From positions 49,414,001 to 49,478,000 of the forward strand of contig NC_043004.1 in the NCBI RefSeq assembly GCF_006345805.1: 64,000 nucleotides of DNA, read 5' to 3'. Positions 13,901 to 26,467 of this stretch are shown here, one piece after another. The stretch comes from Octopus sinensis. Taxonomy: Eukaryota. The position numbers were made by a program, and so were the translations under genes. A model generated the notes under the pieces. The model saw only the letters and a list, made by a program, of their open reading frames with translations, did no database searches and was not told where the DNA came from. Position 1 is the first letter of the stretch, and every line of letters starts with the position of its first letter.

Positions 13901-15609
13901 ACGGCTGCATCCTACACCAGTTGCACATAAGCAACCCCAGCCCATTCAAAAGTACTTTGGATAATAGGGCGACCTGCTGTGCTTGAGGAGACCTATTGAG
14001 TCAAGTACATCAACATCAAAATGAAAATCAAATGGAAACTGTAGTTGTGATGCCCGTGCTGGTAGCACGTAAAAAGCACCAACTGATTGGGGCCATTGCC
14101 AGCCTCCTCTGGCCCCTGTGCTGGTGGCCCGTAAAACGCACTCACTGCACTCAAAGTGCCGTGCAGTGAGACTGAACCCGAAACCATGGAGTTGGGAAGC
14201 AAGCTTCTTAACACACAGCCATGCTTGAATCTATAATATATATATATACATACACACACACCTACTCATCTTTTAGTCCATGACTCTTTACAAGGCCGTC
14301 TGAGACTGGTTGGAAGAAGTTATCCTCAAACTGCAGGCTTAGCCCAGATGCTTGTAGGAGAGTGGAATCCATGGTGTTAAACTTGGCAACAGGTTAAGTC
14401 CACCTCTAACCACATGGAACATGGCAAGATTTGAAGAATGCATATTACCAGGACAAATACTGCATGGCATCCAGTCTGTTATGTCATGCCCTGGATAGGT
14501 ACTTTTTTGTTAACCCCTTTGAGATTTGAACACAGAGTGCAAAGAATTAAACAAATACTGTGTAGCTTTCTATCCAATGTGCTGATGTCTCCAGTATGAT
14601 ATGATTATATAGTTTGTAGTGACAGTAAGCTTTTAATATCTTGAACTTCTAGCTCCGATTTCTGTCCTTTTCACTTGTACATCATGGAATAGCTGTTGGT
14701 TGTTACATTTTCCAAGGTAAACAGGATTGATGTTTGCAGGGGATTCGCATCAGTGGACAAAAATCTGGATGTTTTTTTTTTTGAGAGACTCTGAAATGTT
14801 TATATAAAAGAACATGTAAGGAAATCTTTAATGAGAGGAGAGGCATCTTAATCAGGGCTGGCTGAATGTATATGAAGCGTAAAAGGAAATCGTTGCTATG
14901 GATTGAAATATCTATAATTGACAGAGTCATGGTGGTAATATAGAGAAATCAAAAGCAGCAATATATACAGAGCTCATAGAAAAACCAATCAGTTATTCTT
15001 GTATTGAAATTAGATCAATAAGCATGTTGTTTCTAAAAAAAAAATCTAAAAATGTGACGTTAAGTCTACATACTTAGTGGATAAGAGTATCCCCTAATTT
15101 AGAAATATAGATACTATATACACCTCCAGGAATAAGATACTTGATGACAATCAGAAATTAAACTCATCAAAATATGGTGTAGGTGTAAATATTAAAGCAT
15201 TTTTTCTCTCTGAAGATGTGGTTGATAGTTTGAAAAATTTTAATTGTATTGTAAAAATAATCTCAGAGATTTAGACATTTAACCACAAAGCTTAAGTCTC
15301 TATAATCTTGGTTTCAGTATGACTGTTTAAAATATTAGGGTCTGAACACCCTAATATATTTACATTGTTTTGAATTAATCATGCATTATCTCATAACTTC
15401 AAGATTTTGATGATGTGATTGTTTAATTTTAGAATAACATTGAAAAGTAGGGTTGAACATAAAACTGGTTTAAACATAAAATATTTGGTCTTGATATGGA
15501 TGGTTTGAATACTAAAGATCAATTTTGAAAATAATAAAGAATTTATTGAAATAGATTTGTCAGCATTAAGCTGGTGTTTGGAATATAAATTATGAAATTT
15601 TTGTGGAAA

Positions 15610-15988
15610 GGTGCAGAAGTAGCTGTGTGGTAAGTAGCTTGCTAACCAACCACATGGTTCCGGGTTCAGTCCCACTACGTGGCACCTTGGGCAGATGTCT
15701 TCTGCTATAGCCCCGGGCCGACCAATGCCTTGTGAGTGGATTTGGTAGACGGAAACTGAAAGAAGCCTGTCGTATATATGTATATGTATGTATGTGTGTT
15801 TGTCCCCCTAGCATTGCTTGACAACCGATGCTGGTGTGTTTACGTCCCCGTCACTTAGTGGTTCGGCAAAAGAGACCGATAGAATAAGTACTGGGCTTAC
15901 AAAGAATAAGTCCCGGGGTTGATTTGCTCAACTAAAGGCGGTTCTCCAGCATGGCCGCAGTCAAATGACTGAAACAAGTAAAAGAGTA
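15610..15988 (+). mobile_element. Family A SINE
   Basis: Near-identical to the 10140 copy. Confidence 0.85.
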
Positions 15989-18436
15989 AAGTTTTCATTA
16001 TATTTTAAATCAGTGAATTTGTATCCATAGGGCTTGGGCTGGCTTGTATCAAAAGGGTCATCATGGTATACCTACAACTGCAGTGTTATTGCTAAACATT
16101 GAACACTCCATCCAGCTGTTACTTAGTGTTACACTACATTCGAAATCTAGTTGTTCTCTTTACACATCTGTACCAGTTCAGCCATCTGTTGACACCCTGC
16201 TTACTGACAATGGTCAATATTTCTGTCTTGATAGATACCTATACAAACAAGTTGCCAGGTAAAGAACAAAGCCATGCCTGCTGGTGATGTGATGTATATA
16301 AACAAGTTGGAGGAAAAGAGACTCAGTATTCTTCTTTTTCCTGATTTCAGTCATTAGATCAAGTTGATGTTGGGGCAACACATTCAAGGCATTTAATCAA
16401 TAATATTGACCCCGGTACTTTGTCTGGTACTTATTTCATTGATCTCTGAAAATGAGCCTATGTGTTTGTGTGTGCCCGATGGTTGTAAATGAGCATCATT
16501 GTCATGCAAGATTGCTCATTTTGAGTCTTCTGTGGAAAACATGTCTGGCCATGGGGGCAAATATTGCTGAGCTTCAACACAGGTAAGCATTGGTGACTGA
16601 AAGGACTTCTGGTTGTAGGAAATCTACCTCAACAGATTCTATCTGATCCATGCAAGCATGGCAAGGTGGACATTAAATGAAGATGATGGTATATATTCAT
16701 TTGTTTTATGCTCATTATGACTATTGAGACATTGTTTTACAGCGAGATGCCTTTCCTGTTGCTAACTTTTACCCTTTTACCTGTTTCACAGCCAAGAGAT
16801 CTTTTATTTCACTTGTCTTTGCAGGCGCAATGTGAGAGAATAAATTTGGTCATGGAAGTGACATTTAATATACTGCTTGTAGCCTGCAACTTATGTAGAT
16901 GTAAAGAGAAAGACATGTCGTTTAAAAATTTCTTACTTGAAAAACAGTAATGGTGAGGGTTATCAAGAGGAAGGCATCTGGTTGTAAAATTACTTGTCGC
17001 TAATAAGAATTCAGTCAACCCATACTATCATGGAAGAATGGATATAAAACAAATCACTGAAAAATCACACACACACATACACACAATATTGATTTCTGAT
17101 ATTGGCAGAAAGTTACATTTTTAGAGAAGATACAGTTCAGTGAATTCCTACCCTCACTTATTTGTAATATTTTGAATATCAGTTTGTCTCTATTGAAAGC
17201 TGACATAACCCACTGAGGAAGCCTCTACATGATCTGTCAGTCTGCTGGAAATAGCAGCCAAGTATCCTTCATATTGCACTCTATTTAATGATCACATTGT
17301 TTAATGTTGTCCTAGATATATATATATATATATATACCAATTTTGAATGAGGAGGGGTGGTCATGCTGGAATACATTTGATCATAGGTCCACAGGCTCAG
17401 GGCTCATGTAAAGCTAAACAACAACAGCAGCAGGAATTCATTTATTTATTTATTTGCATCTGTTGTTATACAAGGGGAAAGAAATGAATGAAAGGCAGAT
17501 CCCAGTTGTCCCTAAGATTTAAGTGTGACGAGGAGGTGGGTCCTGAATGATATTTTTGAAATCATAACTAACTCTGCTCTCCCTGTCAATGTAAGTGTAT
17601 ATGTGTATTGTGTGTGAGAGAGAAGAAAGAGGCTGCTTTTTTTGAACTAGCAAATCTATTGACTTTCAACTGACTAGTGGCTGTTATTCTCTGCCACTAT
17701 AGTGTCTATGTTGCTGTTAATCTATATATGCAAATTGCCAAGCCTCTGTGCTTTCATTGCTATAGCTACTGTTAATGATCAGATCTGTGTGTGTGTGTGT
17801 ATGTGTGTATGTAGGCATGTGTATGTGTTGCAATGATTCATTATGATGACAGGTTCAGTTTCAGTCGAGTTTTAGCTTCACACAATAGACACACGTCTGA
17901 CCAATCAATATCACTAAATGTGCTTTAATAATTCTATCAGTTGTTTCTTGTTTGTTTTCACCTGGAAGATGCAGAGGACAGGTGCTAAGCTACTCTCTTT
18001 GTTGAGGGATGGCTTGTTAGAGCATAAAAAGCAGTTTCTAACCACTGATCTTTATATATTATTCTGTTTTTCTAGATATTTTATCATATTTCTTACACCT
18101 TAAGCTGTGGTAGGATTACTGTGTTAGACATGTACCAATGGACCATGTAGATTTGGTGCAAGTGCCAATTTCAGTTAGGAAGGCTTGTTTGTTATCAACT
18201 ACTTTAACCATTGGTCTAGTTGTTCTATCCATTATTATTTGTTTTTCATGGTCTCAATGTATCTAATCAATCTTTCTTATGCCCATTATAACAAACAATA
18301 CTTTTTTTAGCTTCAGTGGGAACAAAATAGACAACAATGAAGCACCAAATTAAATATAAAGGGTACTGTCTCATTCTCTTACTGTCTTCATGGCCCTCAG
18401 AAATTTTGCTTTGGTTGCAATATGATATAGCTAACA

Positions 18437-18630
18437 GGCGCAGGAGTGGCTGTGTGGTAAGTAGCTTGCTAACCAACCACATGGTTCCGGGTTCAGTCCC
18501 ACTGCGTGGCATCTTGGGCAAGTGTCTTCTGCTATAGCCCCGGGCCGACCAATGCCTTGTGAGTGGATTTGGTAGACGGAAACTGAAAGAAGCCTGTCGT
18601 ATATGTATATATATGTATGTATGTATGTAT
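18437..18630 (+). mobile_element. Family A SINE, 5' half ending at the microsatellite
   Basis: Head nearly identical to the other copies. Confidence 0.8.
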
Positions 18631-19224
18631 GCTCAACTAAACATTGTTTAGTTGAGCATGGAAGATGTTGAGATATACCAGGCAAAATTTAGAGGAGTGT
18701 TTGTGCAGATTTCAAAATTTGGTCTCACTGTTAAATGACTCATGGTTATATCACATGTGGAAAGGTTTTCTGTTGAAGGTCCTTATTTTTATTTCATCTC
18801 TTAAACTGTGATAAGGAGGAAGGGACATTATCTATATATCTTGGAGGAAGATAATAAGAGAGTGGTATAAATAGTGTTAATAATGTGCCAGTTTGTAGTT
18901 TAAAGGTTAGTTGTTCTTGGAAAACAATTAGCTTATGAGCTCTACTGGGATGGATTGGTGTTTAATTAATGCCAGGATTAAGGGATGGGATACAGTAAAA
19001 TTAACAAGAGAAAAAGGTTTTAAAGAGTGTGATCATCAAGTTCAGAAGATCAGAGGGTGTTATAGAAGTGATAGGACAGTTTATTGAGGCCAATGTGTTG
19101 AATGAGTTTTTTTTGTTTTTCATTGGGAAAATTGAGTATTTAAACAACCATGATAATGTGTTGTGTATGTGAGTGCATGTGTACTTGTGTGTAATAGCCT
19201 TTTTTTTTCCAACCAGTCACCATG

Positions 19225-19404
19225 CTTGACTGCTAAATTCACAAGTTTTTCTATTCTATCTCTGTTTATCTCTCTTACTCCTGTCTGTTGAAGAGCGTAG
19301 GCTCGAAACGTAAAAGACTTTCTCACTTTCCCAACCGTCAAATACATCTGCTTGTTGTTCATATACCTGTCTTCGTCTTTTGTTTTTCTGTGAATTTCAA
19401 CTAT
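19225..19404 (+). repeat. Dispersed ~180-bp repeat carrying a hammerhead-like motif (19281-19316), copy 1
   Basis: ctgt-CTGTTGA-a-gagc(gtag)gctc-GAAA-cg-TA-aaag. Matching inverted copy at ~22890-23080. Confidence 0.6.
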
Positions 19405-19405
19405 A

Positions 19406-19859
19406 GGTGGAGGAGTGGCTATGTGGTAAGTAACTTGCTTACCAACTACATGGTTCCAGGTTCAGTCCCACTGTGTGGCACCTTGGGCAAGTGTCTTCTA
19501 CTATAGGCTCGGGCTGACCAAAGCCTTGTGAATGGATTTGGTAGACGGAAACTGAAAGAAGCCTGTCATATATATGTGTGTGTATATATATATATATATG
19601 TATGTATATATGTATGTGTATGTATATATGTATGTATGTATGTATGTTATATGTGTGTGTGTGTGTGTGTTTGTCCCTCCAACATCGCTTGACAACTGAT
19701 GCTGGTGTGTTTAAATTCCTGTAACTTAGCAGTTCGGCCAAAGAGACTGATAGAATAAGTACTAGGCTTACAAAGAATAAGTCCTGGGTTTGATTTGCTT
19801 GACTAAATGCGGTGCTCCAGCATGGCCTCAGTCAAATGACTGAAATGTGTAAAAGAGTA
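19406..19859 (+). mobile_element. Family A SINE with expanded internal microsatellite
   Basis: Collinear with the 10140 copy. Confidence 0.83.
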
Positions 19860-19867
19860 TATATACG

Positions 19868-19916
<49 letters not shown>

Positions 19917-20281
19917 GATTGGAACTTTATTCTCATATAAGCCATCAAACACAACTTGAAAGTCTCAGTCAAAACAAAATTTATATTAAATTTGATTCAC
20001 CTTTTAATATCGAGTCATGTTTCAGTAAATGTTCTGTCGATATCTTAAAATTTCTTTCCTGTCAACAAATCATCTGCTTGCCTTGTGCTTTCAAATCTGT
20101 CTGAAATATAAAAATATCTTATTAAAGAAACATTTAAGTTTGGTGACAAGAAGAGCATCTGGTTGTAAAAATTCTGCTTCAAAGACTTCCTCATATTATC
20201 ATGGAAAAACCAGCATCCAGCAAGCAAACAGTGTGTGTGTTAATATCAAATTGGAGAAAAAGAACTAAATATGGGTATATA

Positions 20282-20847
20282 TTGGGTTGTCCGGAAAGTG
20301 CGTGCCGATTTTTAAAGGAAAGAAAAAGGTCAATAAATACTTGCCATTACATTTTTAATCAACCATATATGAACCATTTTGTTGCACAGTGTGTCTCCAT
20401 CTTTCCTTTAACTTGAAAATACCCTCTTCTCAGAATTGAGGTGGTTTCATGGCAAAGAATTCATCAAGGTATCTTTTTACGTCATCCAAGGAATTGAAAT
20501 TTTTACCATTAAGACTATTCTGCAGAGACCTGAATAAATGGAAATCTGAAGGAGCAATATCTGGTGAATATGGAGGGTGGGGTAACACATCCCAACCGAG
20601 CTGCAACAATTTTTGCCTGCTTCCCAAAGCATCAAGTGCCGAAAATGAACTTTCTTATCTTCCATTTTAAAGGGTTACAAAATTAACACAGGTTATAGGA
20701 GCATAAACCTTCTTCCATGAAAAGATAGCTTAAACTGTGCTCTAAATGTAGGTGTTGTCAAATCCTATTTTATGGACTCAACCATGTTCTAAAATAAGTA
20801 GAAAGGTAAGCTACTATAAATCGGCACAAGCTTTCTGGACAACCCAA
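20282..20847 (-). mobile_element. Internally deleted mariner (Tc1/mariner) element
   Basis: ~30-bp TIRs ttgggttgtccggaaagtgcgtgccgattt / aaatcggcacaagctttctggacaacccaa, TA flanks. Minus strand joins N-terminal MEDKKVHFRHLML to C-terminal GWDVLPHPPYSPDIAPSDFHLFRSL. Confidence 0.9.
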
Positions 20848-21000
20848 TATAAAAGTTTTAATCAGTAGAAAAGTTACAAAAATGACTCATTGGCCAAAAA
20901 CTTTGTATGACATATATGTATATATCCAAGTTTTAAATATTGTCATGTTGCATCAGATAATATTCACAACTGATCCTTATATTTTTCTGTCTTCTTTCAG

Positions 21001-21285
21001 GTCTGTAAGAAGGTTCATGCAGTGTACTTGCGGCCCAAGACTGTTGACGTTGTATACAGTAGTAGCCTCTCTACTGTCGTTTGGGCTGAGTCTTGTCAGG
21101 CAGGAAAGCACCTTGCTGTCCTCTCACAGCCTGTCTTCATCGCTGACCAGTGCCCACTGTTCAGCAGCTTTCATATTTGCCGTGCATCACCTCATTTGCA
21201 GCTGTCATTCTCCTTTGTCACGTTGGACGTGTTCACTACGTTGTCCTCGTGTGGTCAGCAGCCTCCTTTCTAGTTGACTGCCACC
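21001..21285 (+). other. RB1CC1: 5'UTR portion of the first coding exon of RB1CC1
   Basis: Strong acceptor atttttctgtcttctttcAG ending at 21000, followed by unique, GC-richer sequence up to gccaccATG. Confidence 0.6.
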
Positions 21286-21353
21286 ATGTTGTATGTGTTT
21301 CTTGTTGAGTTAGGCCAGATGCTAACCATTGATACTTGCTACACCACTGAGAC
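21286..21353 (+). CDS. RB1CC1: RB1CC1/FIP200 coding exon 1 (MLYVFLVELGQMLTIDTCYTTE-), ubiquitin-like N-terminus
   Basis: Kozak gccaccATG with an in-frame TAG 15 nt upstream. Resembles the human FIP200 N-terminus MKLYVFLVNTGTTLTFDT. Donor ac|GTAAGT, phase 2. Confidence 0.92.
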
Positions 21354-21479
21354 GTAAGTATGACACATTACTCGCATCTCTTATATCGTGTCTTCACCTG
21401 TCATAAGCCTAACAGGCCTCCCAACAGGCTTCAGTTCTTCTAGCATATTTTCATACGCATTCAACAAAGTAAGAATTAA

Positions 21480-21698
21480 CCCTTTAGCATTCAGATTACT
21501 CAGATTACTCTGTCCAATGTAGTGCTTATTTATTCACATTTAATCATGCATTATCTCATAGCTTGAAGATTTCAATGATGTGATTGTTATTTTTAGAATG
21601 GTATTGTAGGGTAGCTGTGAGAGGCTGGTGCTGGCCAATTTGAATACAAAACATGTAGAATATTTGAGCCAGTTATAGCCAGTTTAATTGCTAAAGGG
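21480..21698. mobile_element. piggyBac-type MITE (family P2)
   Basis: ttaa-CCCTTTAGCA...TGCTAAAGGG-ttaa. Other copies at 27481-27700, 29708-29921 and 61280-61500. Confidence 0.78.
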
Positions 21699-22530
21699 TT
21701 AAAATGTAAAGGGACAGATATGACTAACTCTTTAGTTATCATATTCCTGTTGAAACACTGCTTTTGTTTCAGTTAATTTTTGAAATTAATGAAGAATTAG
21801 TAAAATAACTTTATAACTTTATCATGATTAAACCTTCTTAGGGAAAGTTTTCATTTAGATCCCTATAAAACAGGAAGTTTGTATCACAGAACCAAGGGTG
21901 CTCTGAGATTGGTTGATACCAAAAGGGTTAAACAAGACCTTGAATATAAGGAAGAAGGACAGCTAGAATGTTTGGGTGAGGCTTGCAAGAAGTTATGGGT
22001 ACTAACCTTCTTCTGACTCACTTAGAAACAAGCAAAGTTCATAGAAATATCATCTTCTGTGTAAATTTATTGTCAAAAGGTGACATTTTCGTAGCCTGCT
22101 GTGAGATCATATTGTGTCATGTCACATTTCCTTTGTGCACAGTGACATATATTTCCCTTCCTATGCAAATTACTGTAGTTAAGAAATTTGTTTCCTGTCC
22201 ACATGGTTTCAGGTTCAGTCTCACTGTGTGGCACTTTGGGCCTTCTGAATGGTTTGGTCAGCAGGAACTGAAAGAAACTTGTGTTGACTATATATGTGTT
22301 TGTTTACACATGGTGTAAGCTACAAGTGCTATAGTCTCATTGCTTTTTACCACCATTGATGTGTAAAATAAGAAATTCCTTATTTAAATGAGTAAGTGTA
22401 AGTGACAACAAAGTAATGGAGCTTTGTATATATTATCTATATATTTTCATGTGTGTAACATCTTAACATTCCTAAAGCTGTTTGTAAAATTATTATTAAT
22501 GATTGCCCAATGCATTGTTTATTGTTACAG

Positions 22531-22657
22531 GGTCTCTGTCCTCAAGTCTCATGTTGCCAGGTTATGTAGAATCGCTCCAGACAAACAGGTGATGTTGGTC
22601 AGTGGTGGAGTTAGTTTGGACAATAGCTGTCGTGTTGGGCACTACTGTGCTGGAACT
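22531..22657 (+). CDS. RB1CC1: RB1CC1 coding exon 2 (VSVLKSHVARLCRIAPDKQVMLVSGGVSLDNSCRVGHYCAGT)
   Basis: Acceptor ttacAG, donor GTATGT, 127 nt keeps frame. Resembles human QVLVVNGG...RVCTYSAGT. Confidence 0.93.
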
Positions 22658-22711
22658 GTATGTATTCCAATTTCTACTTTGATATATTTATAGGCAACAG
22701 TGAGAGAGAGA

Positions 22712-22742
<31 letters not shown>

Positions 22743-22889
22743 TGGTAAAAACGGTAAGATAACAAAAGAAAGAAAGACACCTCAATATTATGTAAATAGA
22801 GAAAATTTATCTGTAAAATAATATGTGACAATTATTCAATAGCCAAGATAAAACTCTGACTTTCCTTATATATATATATATATATATAT

Positions 22890-23080
22890 AGTTGGAATTT
22901 ACAAAAAAAACAAACAAAACAAAAGATGAAGACGGGTGTGTAAACAACAAACATGTATTAGTTTAATGCTCGGAAAGTGAGAAAGTATTTCATGTTTCGA
23001 GCCTACGCTCTTCAACAGAAAGGAACACAGAAATAAACAGAGAGAGAAAATAAAAAAAGTTTAGTGGCTAGCAATCAATC
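22890..23080 (-). repeat. Second copy of the hammerhead-like dispersed repeat
   Basis: Reverse complement reads cttt-CTGTTGA-a-gagcgtaggctc-GAAAC..., collinear with 19225-19404. Confidence 0.6.
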
Positions 23081-23159
23081 ATATATATACATATATGAAT
23101 GAGTAGACAAATGAAAGAAGGGCACTCAACGCATTTATTGGGAGTTACATGTATAGGCT

Positions 23160-24024
23160 AAAACAGTTTGATTCAGACTCATTGGTACTCTGAGTTTCAT
23201 GCGTGTGGCTAGTCTTTGGCCACTGGGGTCTGAATGAGAGTTTGATTGCAGAGAATCAATGTTTATTACCGGATGTTAGCCTGTGATTGGTGGAGACAGG
23301 TCATGTGGTATAGCAGTTGGATGTCAGTATTTCAGCGACAACAATTAGTTGGAAAATACTGCATGGTGAACAGGAAATCGACCCCATGGTGAACAGGAAA
23401 TCGACCCCATGGTGAACAGGAAATCAGCCCCATGGTGAACAGGAAATCGACCCTATGGTGAACAAGAAATCAGCCCCATGGTGAACAGAAAATCAACCCC
23501 ATGGTGAACAGGAAATTGACTGTGTGTTGGACAAGAAATTGGTCGTGTGGTTGTGGGGAAGTAGGAAGGGGCAGTAGGTGTGGGGGGTGTATATGTATGT
23601 ATTTACATGTATATGCCCATAATCTGCTTGCATGTATCTATTTATTTGAGTGTGTATGTGTGCTTACACATACACACTCGTATAAGTACGGATGCATACC
23701 CACTGATATATGGGCATATACATCTACATATATACTCTCACATCTACCACCCCTTTCTACTCCCCCCCCCACCACATAACCAATTTCTTTTCCACCACAT
23801 GGTCGATTTCCTGTTCACCATGTGGTATTTTCCAACTAATTGTTGTCGCTGAAATACCAGCATCAAACCGCTATACCACATGACCTTTCTCGATCAGTCT
23901 CAGGCTAACATCCAGTTATAAACATTGACTCTCTTCAATCGAACTCTCATTCAGACCCCAGTGGCCAAAGACTAGCCGCACACTTGAAACTCAGAGTACC
24001 AAGAAGTCTGTATTAAACTGTTTT
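23160..24024. repeat. ~860-bp imperfect palindrome (foldback) centred near 23663
   Basis: The reverse complement of the right arm aligns with the left arm from the ends (aaaacagttt / aaactgtttt) to the centre. Confidence 0.85.
23363..23520 (+). repeat. 23-bp minisatellite, ~7 units (atggtgaacaggaaatcgacccc)
   Basis: Units start at 23363, 23386, 23409, 23432, 23455, 23478 and 23501. Confidence 0.95.
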
Positions 24025-24933
24025 CTTGGATATAGTAATGCATCACATATTTTGGTCCTCTATCATCTCCTTCATTGGTGTTTTGAGATTGGCCTTCAAG
24101 ACATCATCCCATGTCTGCCATAGGAAAAGTACATGTAAAAGAATGAGGAAGAAATTTGGCAGTGGGTGGGAGACAGTAAAAAAGGTTTGTTTTGTTTAGA
24201 ATTGTGTCAAGAAATATACTTTAATTTAATGCTGCTCTTTGATTAAATACTGAGAGAAATTGGTAAGAGTTCAATATCAAATTCATATATCCTTCCTAAC
24301 ACACTCCTACAAAAGATATTTTTGAAATATTTTGTCATTTTCTTTGTTTTTGTTATCATGTACTTTTCCTCTAGAAGTTTTTTCAAAACCTTTTTTTTCC
24401 CGCTAGGTAAAAACATACTGACTGTGTTTACTTTTATTTGGACTTCTTCACCTTAATCCTTTAGCTCCATGTTGAGTACAGGGTGCCAATAAGAGAACTA
24501 TCTAGCTCGATATTTGGCAGTGGATTGCAGTTGGCTCTCAATGTAGCTTGTGTTGCATCATACACAATCTCCAGGAATTACTTCCTCTTACCAGGACTGG
24601 TTTCATATGTACTCTTGTTAGCTTTTCAGTAGCAATGTTTAAAATTTGATCATGTTGGGCTGCTAACCCTGTGTTTATCACCCTACTTCTTTCTCATCTG
24701 GGCTTGTTACTGGCTACGGTAGAGTTTTTAATCTGTACTAATGCCCAAGAATTATTCCAAAATGTTCAGAGCAATGGTCAGTGATGTTTGCAGCTTCCAA
24801 TAAATATGATGAAAATCCTACAACTCTACACTTGTACTGAGTCTTATTTTCTTCTCTTTCTTGTTCAACCAATTTTTTGTGTCATAACATGCATAATATA
24901 AAAAAGATGTATCCACTTTGTATTATATTGCAG

Positions 24934-25015
24934 GACACTAACCCAATCTTTGTATTCAGTAAAGTAACCATTGAAGCTAACATACCACCATCTCCCTGTA
25001 TCAACTATGGCACAG
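24934..25015 (+). CDS. RB1CC1: RB1CC1 coding exon 3 (DTNPIFVFSKVTIEANIPPSPCINYGT)
   Basis: Acceptor ttgcAG, donor GTAAA, 82 nt. Resembles human DTNPIFLFNK. Confidence 0.93.
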
Positions 25016-25159
25016 GTAAACTCATTCTCTTTATATTCTTAGTACAAGCACACACACACACCTGCTTGCATACACACACACACATTTTGCATCATCTTAA
25101 TCGTTATTTTATGTATGCTCCTTCATGCTGGCCTTGATTCCATTACAACATCTTGCCAT

Positions 25160-25592
25160 ATTCAATTCAATTCAATTTTTATTGGCTCAAAAAGCAAAAG
25201 CAAGGCCATGTAGGAGGTCAGGGAGTTATGTACAGGGAGGGTGGTCATACAAAGAGTTCAGGCCATTTCTGGTCAAGAGAGACTTTGAACCAAGCGGTTG
25301 TCGTCATCTTCACTATCTCGTCCGGCAGCTTATTCCACGGATCCGCAACCCGGACGGAGAAAGCCCCTCTCCTTCGACTGAGATAAAATCGTCGTAGATA
25401 GAGCTTTTCGGAGTGACCCCGCAGCCCACGCTCTGGAGCAGGAGTGAAGAACAGCTCTTTCGAGAGGTTACACTTTCCGCTTATGATGTTGTGAGTGAGA
25501 ATGAGATCACCACGGCAGTGTCGTTTTTCGAGAGAATAAAGGTTGAGCGTCTTCAGCCTTTCTTCATAAGACCAAGAACCATACGGGTAGCC
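25160..25592 (-). mobile_element. CR1-clade LINE 3' fragment
   Basis: Minus strand translates YEERLKTLNLYSLEKRHCRGDLILTHNII...RGHSEKL...FSVRVADPWNKLPDEIV...FKVSLD, with an (attga)n tail. Confidence 0.85.
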
Positions 25593-26338
25593 TGAAATGG
25601 TATTGCATTATTTGCTACACAGTGTTGCCTTAAGGCAGTTGCCTGGGATCCCGAAAGGTCAAGGGAGCCACTTCTGATCCATCTATGTTATGGCTTACTA
25701 TCAATAAATAAATGTTGTTTTGCCCAGGGACCTATAATGCAACTTAAACAGCTCTGCTGCTGCACAAAAAAAAAACAAAAACAGCAACCAGCTAGCTTGT
25801 TATGTATTGCATGTTATGTTCTATGACTGGATGCCCTTCTTATCACCAACTATTTTATGATATGGACTGAGTACATTTTATGTCACTAGAGAGGTTATAT
25901 ACCAGGACTGAATTGCTCCCTCTATTCTGTATTAATTTTCATTTAGTGCTACAGTCCTCTTACATTTGCATGTGTGTGCATACAATGGCCTTTCAGTTTC
26001 CATCTACCAAATCCACTCACAAGTGTTTTGTTGACCAGGAGCTTTAGTAGAAGGCGCATGGCTCAGTGGTTAGAGCGTCGAACTTACGATCATGAGGTTG
26101 TGAGTTCGAATCCCGGACCGGGCTGCGTGTTGTGTTCTTGAGCTAGACACTTTATTTCACATTGCTCCAGTTCACTAAAGATATTTGTGCGGTGGTGGAG
26201 CGATACAGGACTGTCACGTTAAGTTGCCAGTATACAACCATTCTATCGCTCCTCCACCGCTCATGTCTCTATGAGATATTTAGAAATTTAATATTTCTGA
26301 TTTTGGTGATCAGTGAATAAACTTCACTGAAAATATAT

Positions 26339-26381
<43 letters not shown>

Positions 26382-26421
26382 GAAGTCTAGACAAATATCT
26401 TCAGCTATCAGGCCTTGCTAC

Positions 26422-26467
26422 TCTAGACTGATGATGGTCAAGACCCAGAAACATGCATGTCTCTAGA
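26422..26467 (+). ncRNA. Type I hammerhead ribozyme (minimal, Penelope/retrozyme type)
   Basis: tctaga-CTGATGA-tgg(tcaagac)cca-GAAA-ca(tgca)tg-TC-tctaga. All core nucleotides present, stems I/II/III pair, GUC cleavage triplet ends at 26461. Confidence 0.88.

Noticed and set aside
17860-17982. Possible alternative first exon ending ggacag|gtgc, as at 480
   Set aside because: Weak donor and no independent support.
23363-23520. Regular 23-bp repeats resembling a CRISPR array
   Set aside because: Units are contiguous with no unique spacers, the context is eukaryotic and there are no cas genes. It is a minisatellite.
26051-26125. tRNA-like sequence with strong A and B boxes
   Set aside because: No proper acceptor stem or poly-T terminator, and it runs directly into the SINE family C body also seen at 35265.
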